Source: Acetobacter sp. 46_36 (GTDB lineage: Bacteria; Pseudomonadota; Alphaproteobacteria; RF32; CAG-239). Taken from it: a stretch of 64,000 bases of DNA. The DNA is taken from contig MNTT01000014.1 of NCBI GenBank assembly GCA_001917135.1, forward strand, positions 73,620 to 137,619. The letters are read 5' to 3'. Shown one piece after another: positions 9,511 through 19,051 of the stretch (its first letter is position 1; each line of letters starts with the position of its first letter). The notes under the pieces were generated by a model. It was not told where the DNA came from. It was given only the letters and a program-made list of their open reading frames with translations, and did not search any database. Both the position numbers and the translations under genes were made by a program.

Positions 9511-10629
9511 TTAGATTCTCATTGGCATCAGAACATAAATGGCACTGTTGTCAGAAGTGTCGTTAATAACGGTAGCTGCAGCACTTCCAGACAAACTGAA
9601 ACGAACTTCCTCACCTTTAATTTGCGCTAAAATATCCAACAGATAACGGAAGTTATAACCGGTATCAATCGATTCCTTGTCATATTTTGCTTCTAATTCT
9701 TCAGTAGCGTTACCCAACTCGGCATTCGATGCTGCAATAGTTACATGATTCGTATCTGTTATCATGCGGATTCCCCTGCTTCTCTCGGTAACAACGGAAA
9801 CACGGTCAACCGCAGCAGCCAGTTCCTTTACGTTAACTTCAAGAATTTTATCGTTGTCAGTCGGGATAACGCGCTCATAGTCAGGGAATGTTCCGTCAAT
9901 AAGCTTAGAAGTCAATGTTATGTCTTCAAAAGAAATGCGCACTTTGTTTTCAGACAGAGCCATCGTAACGTTGTCAGTCGATGCGTCATCAAGCAGTTTC
10001 CTGATTTCCAAAACAGATTTTCTCGGAATAATAACTCCTTCAAGCTTTTCAGCACCATCAGGTAACGGGGATTCGGCACAGGCAAGCCGATGGCCGTCTG
10101 TCGCTACAACACGGAGAACTTTGGCATCACCTTCGTTTTTAGCATGAACATACAAGCCGTTCAAATAGTAGCGTGCTTCTTCCACCGAGGCAGAAAACTG
10201 CGTGCGGTCAATCAAAGTCTTCAGTTCATCACGGCTGATGTCAAAATTAATCGGCAAATCATCGCCGGATATAATCGGAAAATCTTCGACGCCGATGGTT
10301 GATAATGAAAATTTAGAACGCCCGGACGCAATACTTAAAGCATTTTTGTCGTCAGGGTAAGTTATTTCAACGTCCGAACCGTCAGAAAGTTTCCTGACAA
10401 TGTCATAAAGCATATGAGCCGGAGCTGTCGTAGCTCCTTCTTCAATAACTTTCGCTTCAACGATTTCGGTAATCTCAATATCCATATCCGTTGCTTTAAA
10501 GTTAATGCTTCCGCCCTTGGCCTCGATTCGGACATTCGATAAAACCGGAATCGTATTCCTTTTCTCAACAATGCTCTGTACATGGCTGAGAGTCTTTAAC
10601 AGATGTGCACGTTCAATTGTAAATTTCAT
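9511..10629 (-). CDS. dnaN: DNA polymerase III beta sliding clamp. Start at MKFTIERAHLLK; the track ORF extends further upstream.
   Basis: DnaN-like three-domain sequence; dnaA-dnaN-recF order. Confidence 0.9.
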   Translation of the reverse strand: MKFTIERAHLLKTLSHVQSIVEKRNTIPVLSNVRIEAKGGSINFKATDMDIEITEIVEAKVIEEGATTAPAHMLYDIVRKLSDGSDVEITYPDDKNALSIASGRSKFSLSTIGVEDFPIISGDDLPINFDISRDELKTLIDRTQFSASVEEARYYLNGLYVHAKNEGDAKVLRVVATDGHRLACAESPLPDGAEKLEGVIIPRKSVLEIRKLLDDASTDNVTMALSENKVRISFEDITLTSKLIDGTFPDYERVIPTDNDKILEVNVKELAAAVDRVSVVTERSRGIRMITDTNHVTIAASNAELGNATEELEAKYDKESIDTGYNFRYLLDILAQIKGEEVRFSLSGSAAATVINDTSDNSAIYVLMPMRI

Positions 10630-10755
10630 TATTTTTATCCTAAAAAAAGACTTATCTTTATCTTCTTGCACTCTACCACAAATCAGCAAAAGCAGAAGTC
10701 AAAAAATAAGTCTTCAACAATTTTTTTGTTTAAGCCCGAAATCCGGAAAACCAAA

Positions 10756-12219
10756 TCAGTTTTCAAGAGTCCGTCTTAAAATTTCAATGTTTTCAGCCAA
10801 AGACTGATCCTCAATAATCAGTTCCTCAACTTTCCGAACCGCATGCATAACCGTTGTGTGGTCGCGGTCAAACTTGCGCCCGATTTCCGGCAACGAACGC
10901 GATGTGAGCTGTTTTGCCAGATACATGGCGACCTGTCTCGGTCTGGCGACAGTTCTTGCTCTGCGCGAAGACTGGAGTTCTTTTACTGAAATGTTAAAGT
11001 GCTCGGCGACTTTCTTTTGAATTTCATCAATAGTTGTTTTCCGGTCAATGGAACGCAACATATCTTTAAGGACATCCTGCGTCATATCAAGCGTAATTTC
11101 TTTTCCGGAAAGCAGCTGTGAATGTGCGGCGACTCTTTTCAGAGAACCTTCCAGCTCGCGAACGTTTGAGGTAATCTTCTGTGCCAAAAACTCGGCAACC
11201 TTTTGCGGAAGATCGATTCCCATTAACTCGGCCTTTTTCTGCAGTATGCCCATTCTCAACTCAAAATTCGTTGGCATAATATCTACCACCAATCCGCCGA
11301 CCAAACGTGATTTCAGGCGCTCTTCGATTCCGTCCAAATCTGTAGGCGACTTGTCTGCCGAAATGATAACCTGCTTGCCTTCTTCAACCAATGAGCTGAA
11401 TGTATGGAAAAATTCTTCTTGGGTAGTTCCTTTGTTTCCCATAAATTGAAAGTCGTCAACCATCAGGACATCTACGGAACGAAATTGTTCCTTAAAGGCT
11501 GCGGTATCTTTGTAACGCAGGGCTTTTACGAATTTGTAAACGAACTGCTCGGCCGTCAGATAAATAACATTGCGATTCGGATCATTCTTTTTTATGTGCC
11601 AGATAATTGAGTGCATTAAATGCGTTTTGCCCAAGCCGACGCTGGAATACAGAAACAAAGGGTTAAAAGAAACATTTTTAGATTCGGCGACCTTGCGGGC
11701 GGCAGCATAAGCAAACTCATTGGTCTTTCCGACAACAAAATTTTCAAAAGTATAATTGGGGTTTAACGGTGCACCGTTAGTCGTGTTGCTGCTTTTTACG
11801 CTGTCATTGGCAAGATTGGCTCCGGCAACAAGCCCAAACGAACTGCTGTTGATGTTGCAGCCGTAAATATTTTGAGGTGTCGGTGTCGATGATATCTTTT
11901 TTAACAAAGATGTATCAACACTGCGCCGGTCGCTGAAACCTGTCTGTACGATAAAGTTTATTTTTTTGATGTTCGGATTCTGCTGTTCCCATATTTTATT
12001 GATTCGATCCGAATAATGAGTTACAACCCAGTTTTTCATAAAAGCCGTCGGAGCGCAAATATTCATTACCCCGTTACTGAAGTCTCCGACTGTAAGCGGT
12101 TTCAGCCAACTGTCAAACGCAGTTTCCCCGAACTCCATTTTTAACTGGCTGCAAATTTGGTTCCATTGGGTATCAATGGGTCTTCCCTCACTTACATATG
12201 CTTCTTCTGCCATATCCAT
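10756..12219 (-). CDS. dnaA: Chromosomal replication initiator DnaA.
   Basis: AAA+ Walker A GLGKTHL; C-terminal DnaA DNA-binding signature (VARPRQVAMYLAKQLT). Confidence 0.95.
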   Translation of the reverse strand: MDMAEEAYVSEGRPIDTQWNQICSQLKMEFGETAFDSWLKPLTVGDFSNGVMNICAPTAFMKNWVVTHYSDRINKIWEQQNPNIKKINFIVQTGFSDRRSVDTSLLKKISSTPTPQNIYGCNINSSSFGLVAGANLANDSVKSSNTTNGAPLNPNYTFENFVVGKTNEFAYAAARKVAESKNVSFNPLFLYSSVGLGKTHLMHSIIWHIKKNDPNRNVIYLTAEQFVYKFVKALRYKDTAAFKEQFRSVDVLMVDDFQFMGNKGTTQEEFFHTFSSLVEEGKQVIISADKSPTDLDGIEERLKSRLVGGLVVDIMPTNFELRMGILQKKAELMGIDLPQKVAEFLAQKITSNVRELEGSLKRVAAHSQLLSGKEITLDMTQDVLKDMLRSIDRKTTIDEIQKKVAEHFNISVKELQSSRRARTVARPRQVAMYLAKQLTSRSLPEIGRKFDRDHTTVMHAVRKVEELIIEDQSLAENIEILRRTLEN

Positions 12220-12983
12220 CTCCCACAGTTAGATATTGTTACATAAATTCATAGTTGTTTATTGTTATCCTGAAAATTCCACCGCAATCATGTTACATGC
12301 CAAATGTAAATACTTTATTTTCAATGTACTTGTACGTGATACAGGCTATTACACCGGTGTGCGTAATTTATGAAAAGCTGACATGTGCTACTGAAAGCTG
12401 TTTTCGGAATTTTCCGTTAACATATTTAATATCAAAATAATTTAATAAACTTATACCGCTCTATCGCGAAATTCCGATACAACAATATGACGCTATAAAA
12501 CCAAAATCCGATTCTCCGTTTCGGAAATGCCGGCATTATAGCGAAAGCTCAAGCAAAATCTGAATAAAATCATACCATCTCACATCCGGGATATTATTTA
12601 AAAATACCCTTAGTAAATTTATTCAAAATTTACTTGAGGCGACGGAATTCGCCGCTTCACCAAATTATTATACGGTTTCTTTTCATCATACCGGCAATGT
12701 AAATTCCATATTTTTAAGAATCTCCGGTTGCCGGTAAAAGCTGCCGTAAAATAATAAAAGTGCTATCATCAGAGAAAATATCGAATTTTTTTTATTACAA
12801 AGCCTGTCAGATTTTTTTTGATATGCCAAGCTTCAATTATAAAGTTCAACTCTCTTTGCTCTCATCTCATAACATGGTGAAACCATACGAAATAAAAATA
12901 TAAAAGACAATAGCATATTTTAAGAAAATTTAAATAAAACTGCTTGACACAGATTCTAAAAAAAGATTCGTAATAACTCTTTG

Positions 12984-13034
12984 AAAAATAAACAAAAAAG
13001 CGCAAACACCCTCTAACCGAAACGGTGCTTGCGC
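12984..13034 (-). terminator. Rho-independent terminator of rpsT on the minus strand.
   Basis: Nested GC stem (GCGCAA..CACC..GGTG..TTGCGC) followed on the minus strand by TTTTTTGTTTATTTTT. Confidence 0.6.
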
Positions 13035-13059
13035 AACTGAAAAATCAAGAAAAGAAAAA

Positions 13060-13320
13060 CTACAGAGCTTTTACTTTTTGGCTTAAACGCGAAATCGTAC
13101 GGGAAGCCTTGTTTTTGTGAAATACGCCTTTCTGGGCAGCTCTCATCATTTCGCTCTCAGCAACCTTTAAAGCCGTTGATGCGGCTTCTTTATCACCGGA
13201 CAGAACCGCCGCAATGACTTTTTTTACAAAAGTTCTGACTCTGCTTCTGCGTGCGCCGTTGATAATGCTTCTTTTGTTGTTTCTGTTTATTCTTGTTTTT
13301 GCCGATTTATGGTTGGCCAT
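13060..13320 (-). CDS. rpsT: 30S ribosomal protein S20.
   Basis: [17 protein letters not shown]... is a typical S20. Confidence 0.9.
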   Translation of the reverse strand: MANHKSAKTRINRNNKRSIINGARRSRVRTFVKKVIAAVLSGDKEAASTALKVAESEMMRAAQKGVFHKNKASRTISRLSQKVKAL

Positions 13321-13426
13321 ATTTTTTATCCTGTCTTAAAATTTAAGTTAAACACAAATAAAATTCTGACACACTTATACTCTATAATCCGGGATAGTCA
13401 ACAGATTTTTTCAAAAATCGTTAAAT

Positions 13427-13801
13427 TTAGCTTTTATTTTTCAAACTGATGCTGATTTTTAAAGGTGTTGTTTCAACTTGGTTTATTTCCAGAATGTCAT
13501 TTTCTCTGCTGAATTGCAGAAATGTCGCGCTTCCGGCTTGTTCCGTCCAGCCGAGCTGTGGCAGAGTCTCTCGGTAAAATTTTTGTATATCGGCGAAATT
13601 TTTTTTGCGGACAGCAACCAGTTGCGCTTCAAGATATCGGGTTTCTTCGTTGCCGAATGCAATATCATCACTTTCAATCTGCTTTAAGCCTTCCATTAGG
13701 GGGATATCCTCAAAGCCGGAAACGAAATTTTTGGCAAAAGCTTCGGCTGATGTAAAACATAATCCGCAGATAAGTGTGAAAAAGAAAAATATTTTGCTCA
13801 T
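13427..13801 (-). CDS. Small secreted/periplasmic hypothetical protein with an N-terminal signal peptide.
   Basis: MSKIFFFFTLICGLCFTSAEAFA signal peptide; no other motifs. Confidence 0.5.
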   Translation of the reverse strand: MSKIFFFFTLICGLCFTSAEAFAKNFVSGFEDIPLMEGLKQIESDDIAFGNEETRYLEAQLVAVRKKNFADIQKFYRETLPQLGWTEQAGSATFLQFSRENDILEINQVETTPLKISISLKNKS

Positions 13802-13860
13802 ATTTGTTACCTCTGTGTTGTATTGTTTTCGTCAAAGTTTCATTTTACTGCGCAGACAGA

Positions 13861-14697
13861 TTACTTTTGTAAATGGCGGCAGTAAAAAGTCGAACGTCCT
13901 CCCTGTATGATTTTTTTAATGCCTTCGGTGCAACCGTTGCAACTACAGTCCGGACATTTCTGTCCGGCTTTTCCGTAAACGCAGTGCATATGCTGGAAAT
14001 ATCCCATGCTGCCGTCGGGCTTACGGTAATCACGCAGAGTCGAACCGCCGGCATCTATGGCCTTTTGCAGAGTCTTCCGTACAGCGTTAATAAGGTTGGA
14101 AATTTCTTGTTTTGACAGGCTGCAACATTCTCTTAGCGGGGAGATTCTTGCGGCATATAATGCTTCTGAAGCATAAATGTTGCCGATTCCGTTGACAATG
14201 CTTTGATCTAGAAGGGCAATTTTAATGGCGGTTTTTTTATGGCAGAGTTTGGCTGAGAAATAATCCGCGTTAAACTGCTCGTCAAAAGGATCCGGCCCGG
14301 TGTGCGAAAATAAGCTGCAGGTTCTTAGATTGGATGTCTTTAAGCAGGTCATCAATCCAAAACGGCGGGCATCATTAAACGTCAAGATTCCCCTTGTCGT
14401 AACGATAATAATATGGTCGTGTTTTTCCAAATCGACAGGATATGTATCGGTAATTTTGACTTTTCCGCTCATTCCGAAATGCCAGACCACGCTGAATCCG
14501 TTATCCAAATCCAAAACGGCATATTTGGCAATTCGATATACCTTTAATATCGCAGCCCCCTCAAGCGTATCTTCAAAATCAGCGGGAACGGGGATGCGAA
14601 ATTTTCTGTTGCGCACGATTACCTTTTGGATAACGGCGCCTTCTACCGCTTTTCTCAGAGCCTCTTTGATTGTTTCTACTTCTGGCAGTTCGGGCAT
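13861..14697 (-). CDS. mutM: Formamidopyrimidine-DNA glycosylase. Start at MPELPEVE.
   Basis: N-terminal PELPEVE catalytic motif; C-terminal zinc finger CPDC...C..C. Confidence 0.9.
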   Translation of the reverse strand: MPELPEVETIKEALRKAVEGAVIQKVIVRNRKFRIPVPADFEDTLEGAAILKVYRIAKYAVLDLDNGFSVVWHFGMSGKVKITDTYPVDLEKHDHIIIVTTRGILTFNDARRFGLMTCLKTSNLRTCSLFSHTGPDPFDEQFNADYFSAKLCHKKTAIKIALLDQSIVNGIGNIYASEALYAARISPLRECCSLSKQEISNLINAVRKTLQKAIDAGGSTLRDYRKPDGSMGYFQHMHCVYGKAGQKCPDCSCNGCTEGIKKIIQGGRSTFYCRHLQK

Positions 14698-14798
14698 TGC
14701 TAATCCTTTTATTTGCATATATTTCAAAAATAACCGCTAATTTGGCGGGAAGCGACTACAAACTTTTGTTTATGCACCAGCATTTTTTGCATTATTGT

Positions 14799-14827
14799 TT
14801 GACTAGCGCCGCGATTTATATTAATAT
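14799..14827 (+). promoter_or_regulatory. Putative sigma70 promoter: -35 TTGACT (14799-14804), 17-nt spacer, -10 TAATAT (14822-14827).
   Basis: Consensus-like hexamers upstream of the GTG start and AGAGAGGA RBS of the J-domain gene. Confidence 0.45.
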
Positions 14828-14863
14828 CAAAAAGATTTTAACTTAAAAAAAGAGAGGATTGTC

Positions 14864-15421
14864 GTGATAAAAGCTGCTTCGGCAAGAAAAAGGGCTCGTA
14901 AATATTTTGCGCCGCAAAATGAAGGGGTACATCGCAAGTGCGACCATCCGGGGTGCAATAAGGATGGAGAATTTAAAGCCCCGAAAGACCGGAGTCTGAA
15001 AGATTATTACTGGTTCTGTCTGGAACACGTGCAGGAATATAACTCCCGCTGGAATTACTATACGGATGATGACGGTGAACCGGAACACGAAGCTTTTCGC
15101 AAAAAGACGCGTTTCAGCGGGTTTCATTCCAAGATTAAATATAAATTCGGTTGTGATTTAGATGAAGAGCTGGAATTTCTTCATGGATTTTCCGGATATG
15201 AAAAAGTATCCGACAATGTTTATTTCAGTCGGGAAGACCGCCGCGAAATGGAACATTTGGAGTTGTCTGCCGAAGAATTTAATCTTGACAATTTAAAAAA
15301 GCAGTACAAAAAACTGGCCAAGGCCTGCCATCCTGATTTGAATCCGGACGATAAGGAAGCCGAAGAAAAGTTCAAACGTTTGACTGCCGCTTATAAAAAA
15401 CTGCTGGAAAAACTCTCCTGA
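14864..15421 (+). CDS. J-domain protein with an N-terminal Cys/His zinc-ribbon-like segment and a C-terminal J domain.
   Basis: HPD motif in [21 protein letters not shown]...WFCLEH zinc-binding-like pattern. Confidence 0.7.
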   Translation: MIKAASARKRARKYFAPQNEGVHRKCDHPGCNKDGEFKAPKDRSLKDYYWFCLEHVQEYNSRWNYYTDDDGEPEHEAFRKKTRFSGFHSKIKYKFGCDLDEELEFLHGFSGYEKVSDNVYFSREDRREMEHLELSAEEFNLDNLKKQYKKLAKACHPDLNPDDKEAEEKFKRLTAAYKKLLEKLS

Positions 15422-15480
15422 CCGCGGCAGAAAAGCTGATTCGATAAAAAGCAGACTTTTCATTTAAAAAGACTGTCGGT

Positions 15481-18400
15481 TCAAAGCGAAAGCTCATAAA
15501 GTTTTGCCGCGTATTTTCTTATCGTATCTAATCGTGTCTTATATACGGACAAATCTCTTTCAATAAAGAGTCTTTGATCCGGGCGGACTTTTATGGCACC
15601 ACCCTGCCTGTTAATAAAGTTCATAAGCTTGTCGACGTTTTTAAACGTATTGTTATGAAAAGCTATCAAGATGCCGCGCGCGCCGGCTTCAATGCGTTCA
15701 ATGCCGCTCATCGCGCAGATTTGTTTTATTTCAACTGTCTTAAGCAGGTTTTCGACCTCTTCGGGAACTGGACCGAAGCGGTCAATCAACTCTTCGCGCA
15801 TATCATTGATTTCTTCAACTGTTTTAAGGCCGCCAATGCGCTTATAAAGCCCGAGTCTCACGCCTAAGTCCGCCACATATTTTTCCGGAATGATAATCGG
15901 AACGCCGGTAAGAATTTGTACAGTCCAGTCTGTATCAGCCGCGGCAGTTTGAGAATTTTTATCGGATTCTCCTGCTTTCAAACGGTTGATTTCCTCTTCC
16001 AGCAAATGATGGTAAAGAGCTATACCGACGTCTTTTATGTGCCCGGATTGCTCAATGCCGAGTATGTTTCCTGCACCGCGGATGTCCAAATCATGGTTGG
16101 CCAAAGAAAAACCGGCGCCGAGTTGGTTGAGTGCCTGCAGGATATTCAGCCTTTTTTCGGCAATCGGCGTCAGTGTTTTTTGGTTGGGAATGGTAAAATA
16201 ACAATAGCCGCGGAGTTTTGAACGGCCGATTCTTCCGCGCAGTTGATACAGCTGAGCCAGTCCGAACATATCCGCCCGGTAAATAATCATCGTATTGACG
16301 TTAGGCATGTCAATTCCCGATTCGATGATTGTCGTTGCCAAAAGAATGTCCGCCTTGCCATCAGCAAAGTCACACATAACGTCTTCCAGATGGGACGGGG
16401 GCATTTGGCCGTGAGCCACAGCAATTTTAATGTCCGGAACCAGTTCCCTGAGTTTCGGCTCAATTTGCAGAATATCCGATACACGGGGGCATACGAAAAA
16501 TATCTGTCCGCCACGATATTTCTCACGGTATATGGCCTCCCGTATCATAACTTTGTCAAAAGGCATGACAAACGTTCTTGCTGCCAGACGGTCGACCGGC
16601 GGAGTCGCAATAATACTGAGCTGTTTGACTCCGGTCAGCGAAAGCTGCAATGTCCGGGGAATTGGCGTGGCGCTGAGCGTCAGAATATGAACGTCCGATT
16701 TCAGCTGTTTCAGGCGTTCTTTGTGTGCAACGCCGAAGTGTTGCTCCTCGTCAACAATTAAAAGTCCCAAATTGCAGAATTCAATGTCCTTAGCCAACAA
16801 CGCATGGGTGCCGATAACAATTTCCAAACTGCCGTCTTTCAGTTCCTGCTTAATCTCTCTGGCTTCTTTGGACGTAACCAGCCGTGACAGCATCTTGACC
16901 TTAACCGGAAAGCCGCTCAGACGCTTCTTGAAATTCAGGTAATGCTGGCGCGCCAGCAGAGTCGTCGGAACTATTAAGGCAACCTGAGCGCCACCGGTGG
17001 CTACCGTAAAGGCGGCTCGCAGCGCAACTTCCGTTTTACCGAAACCGACATCGCCGCAGATAAGCCTGTCCATCGGCATACCAAGCGACAAATCGTGAAT
17101 AACATCTTTTACGGCGTTCAGCTGGTCATCGGTTTCGGTATAAAGAAACCGGCTGCAAAACTCGTCATAAAGACCTCGTTCGGGAACAAATATCTCCGCT
17201 TTTTTCATCCGCCGCTGTGCTGCGATTTTAATCAGTTTTTCCGCAATGTCTTTAATCTTTTCTTTGACGCGAGACTTCTTTGCTTCCCAGGCTGAACCGC
17301 CGAGCGTGTCCAGCGCCACATTGCTGTCTTCGGCGCCGTAGCGGCTGATGACGTCAATGTTTTCCACCGGAACATAAAGTTTGTCGTTGTTGGCGTATAT
17401 GAGCTTCAGACAGTCGTGCGCTACGCCGTCTGTTACAATGTTCTCCAACCCTTCAAACCTGCCGATGCCGTGTTCGATGTGAACGACATATTCGCCGATA
17501 TTGAGGGAAGATATGTCGGCAATAAGGTTTTCGGCAGAAACCTTTTTGTGCGCACGGATATTTTTGCGTTCGCCCCAGATGTCCTGTTCCGTAACAATAA
17601 AATAGTTGTGGCTGGTAAAGCCGTGTTGCAGTTCAAGCCTGATTAGGGCAATTTTCCCTTTGGCGGTTTCTTTTTCCGCCTGAGCCCAAGTTTCGGCAAT
17701 AGCAAGGTTTTTAATTTTGTTTTCGGTGAGGATATTTTTCATCCGGTCAAGAGAACCGTCGCTGTAGCAGCAAATAATCCTTTTTTTATCTTTGTTACGG
17801 CCGAATTCCTGTGCCAGATCTTCATAAACAGTCAGGTTATTGATGTTTTTTAATGAGGCAAATATTTTTTGCGGAGTTGCTCCATAATCTGCAACATCGT
17901 TGCTTTCCGGCATAGAACGTTTTGAAAATAGGACATACCGCCGGCTGTGAATTTGCGCGGCAAAATTTTGTGCGTCAAGGAACAAAAGTTCCGGCGGTAC
18001 GGGACGGTACTTGTCAATATCGGAAACTTCACGAATTTTCAAAGCTTCAAGCCGTGCTTCATAGTGGTCGGCAATCGTCTCTTCTTTTGCCTTCAGGGCA
18101 TTGTTGGCATCAACGCCCAGAAAAATGTCGGCACCTGGCAGATAGTCAAACAGCGTTGGCAGGCTGTCGTCATAAAAAAACGGCAGCCAGTTTTCCATAC
18201 CGAGATATTTCTTTCCTTCCGAAATGCTTTCATATAATTCGTCTTTAAGCCCCTCTGCGCCAAAAGCCTCACGATATTTGGAGCGGAATGTCTTAATGGT
18301 GTTTTTATCAAGCACAACCTCGTTGGCGCTGTCAAAACTGTAAAACTTCAAATCCTCCGTACTGCGCTGCGTTTCCACTTCAAACAATCTCAGCCGTTCG

Positions 18401-18963
18401 ATTTCGTCATCAAACAAATCAATACGCAGCGGCTGTTCGGCTCCGCTGGGAAAAATGTCGATGATATCTCCCCGTACGGCATATTCGCCCGATTCCATAA
18501 CCTGCTCAACGCGGGTATAGCCGTTGACTGCTGCATAGTGCAAAAATTCGTCAAAATTAAGTTTCCCGCCAACTTGGATGTTTTTGCGCGTGTTTAAAAA
18601 TATTTTTTTCGGCGGCAGTCTTTGAATTACTGCGCCGATGCTGGTCAACACGATGCACTGTTTTTTTGCCCCTGCATCCAAAACGAGTTTAGCCAGCGTT
18701 TCAATGCGTTTGGATAAAATTGCGGCGTTAGGGGATACTCGGTCATAGGGGACGGTATCCCATGCCGGCAAAGTAAGAATGTCTGCTTCCGGCTGAAGAA
18801 AAGAGAGCGTTTCATAGACTTGGTTAAGGCTGATGCCGTCGCTCAAAATACAGAGGATGTTCCGATTCGTTTCTGCAAGCAAATCCCGTATGGCAAAAGC
18901 CTCGGCGTCTTTGGCTACGCCGGCAAGGGTTTTTTTGTTGTATTTTTCAAAATCATTAGACAT
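15481..18963 (-). CDS. mfd: Transcription-repair coupling factor Mfd.
   Basis: 1160 aa; superfamily-2 helicase motifs (GDVGFGKTEVA, DEEQHFG); Mfd domain order. Confidence 0.95.
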   Translation of the reverse strand: MSNDFEKYNKKTLAGVAKDAEAFAIRDLLAETNRNILCILSDGISLNQVYETLSFLQPEADILTLPAWDTVPYDRVSPNAAILSKRIETLAKLVLDAGAKKQCIVLTSIGAVIQRLPPKKIFLNTRKNIQVGGKLNFDEFLHYAAVNGYTRVEQVMESGEYAVRGDIIDIFPSGAEQPLRIDLFDDEIERLRLFEVETQRSTEDLKFYSFDSANEVVLDKNTIKTFRSKYREAFGAEGLKDELYESISEGKKYLGMENWLPFFYDDSLPTLFDYLPGADIFLGVDANNALKAKEETIADHYEARLEALKIREVSDIDKYRPVPPELLFLDAQNFAAQIHSRRYVLFSKRSMPESNDVADYGATPQKIFASLKNINNLTVYEDLAQEFGRNKDKKRIICCYSDGSLDRMKNILTENKIKNLAIAETWAQAEKETAKGKIALIRLELQHGFTSHNYFIVTEQDIWGERKNIRAHKKVSAENLIADISSLNIGEYVVHIEHGIGRFEGLENIVTDGVAHDCLKLIYANNDKLYVPVENIDVISRYGAEDSNVALDTLGGSAWEAKKSRVKEKIKDIAEKLIKIAAQRRMKKAEIFVPERGLYDEFCSRFLYTETDDQLNAVKDVIHDLSLGMPMDRLICGDVGFGKTEVALRAAFTVATGGAQVALIVPTTLLARQHYLNFKKRLSGFPVKVKMLSRLVTSKEAREIKQELKDGSLEIVIGTHALLAKDIEFCNLGLLIVDEEQHFGVAHKERLKQLKSDVHILTLSATPIPRTLQLSLTGVKQLSIIATPPVDRLAARTFVMPFDKVMIREAIYREKYRGGQIFFVCPRVSDILQIEPKLRELVPDIKIAVAHGQMPPSHLEDVMCDFADGKADILLATTIIESGIDMPNVNTMIIYRADMFGLAQLYQLRGRIGRSKLRGYCYFTIPNQKTLTPIAEKRLNILQALNQLGAGFSLANHDLDIRGAGNILGIEQSGHIKDVGIALYHHLLEEEINRLKAGESDKNSQTAAADTDWTVQILTGVPIIIPEKYVADLGVRLGLYKRIGGLKTVEEINDMREELIDRFGPVPEEVENLLKTVEIKQICAMSGIERIEAGARGILIAFHNNTFKNVDKLMNFINRQGGAIKVRPDQRLFIERDLSVYKTRLDTIRKYAAKLYELSL

Positions 18964-19010
18964 TTGCGCACATATTGATTATTAACATACCTATAAATAA
19001 CCTAAACCCG

Positions 19011-19048
19011 AAATTTGTAAAGAACATAAAAATTTGTAAAGAACATAA
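19011..19048. repeat. Perfect tandem duplication of a 19-bp unit (AAATTTGTAAAGAACATAA x2) just upstream of the recG ATG, in the mfd/recG divergent region.
   Basis: Read directly from the sequence. Confidence 0.8.
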
Positions 19049-19051
19049 ATT

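Noticed and set aside
12220-13059. Possible oriC next to dnaA
   Set aside because: No DnaA-box consensus found by eye; alphaproteobacterial origins are usually not dnaA-linked. Kept only as a low-interest note.
19011-19048. LexA (SOS) box in the mfd/recG repeat
   Set aside because: GAAC elements are present, but spacing is about 15 rather than the N7 of the alphaproteobacterial LexA box, and no lexA gene is in the window.
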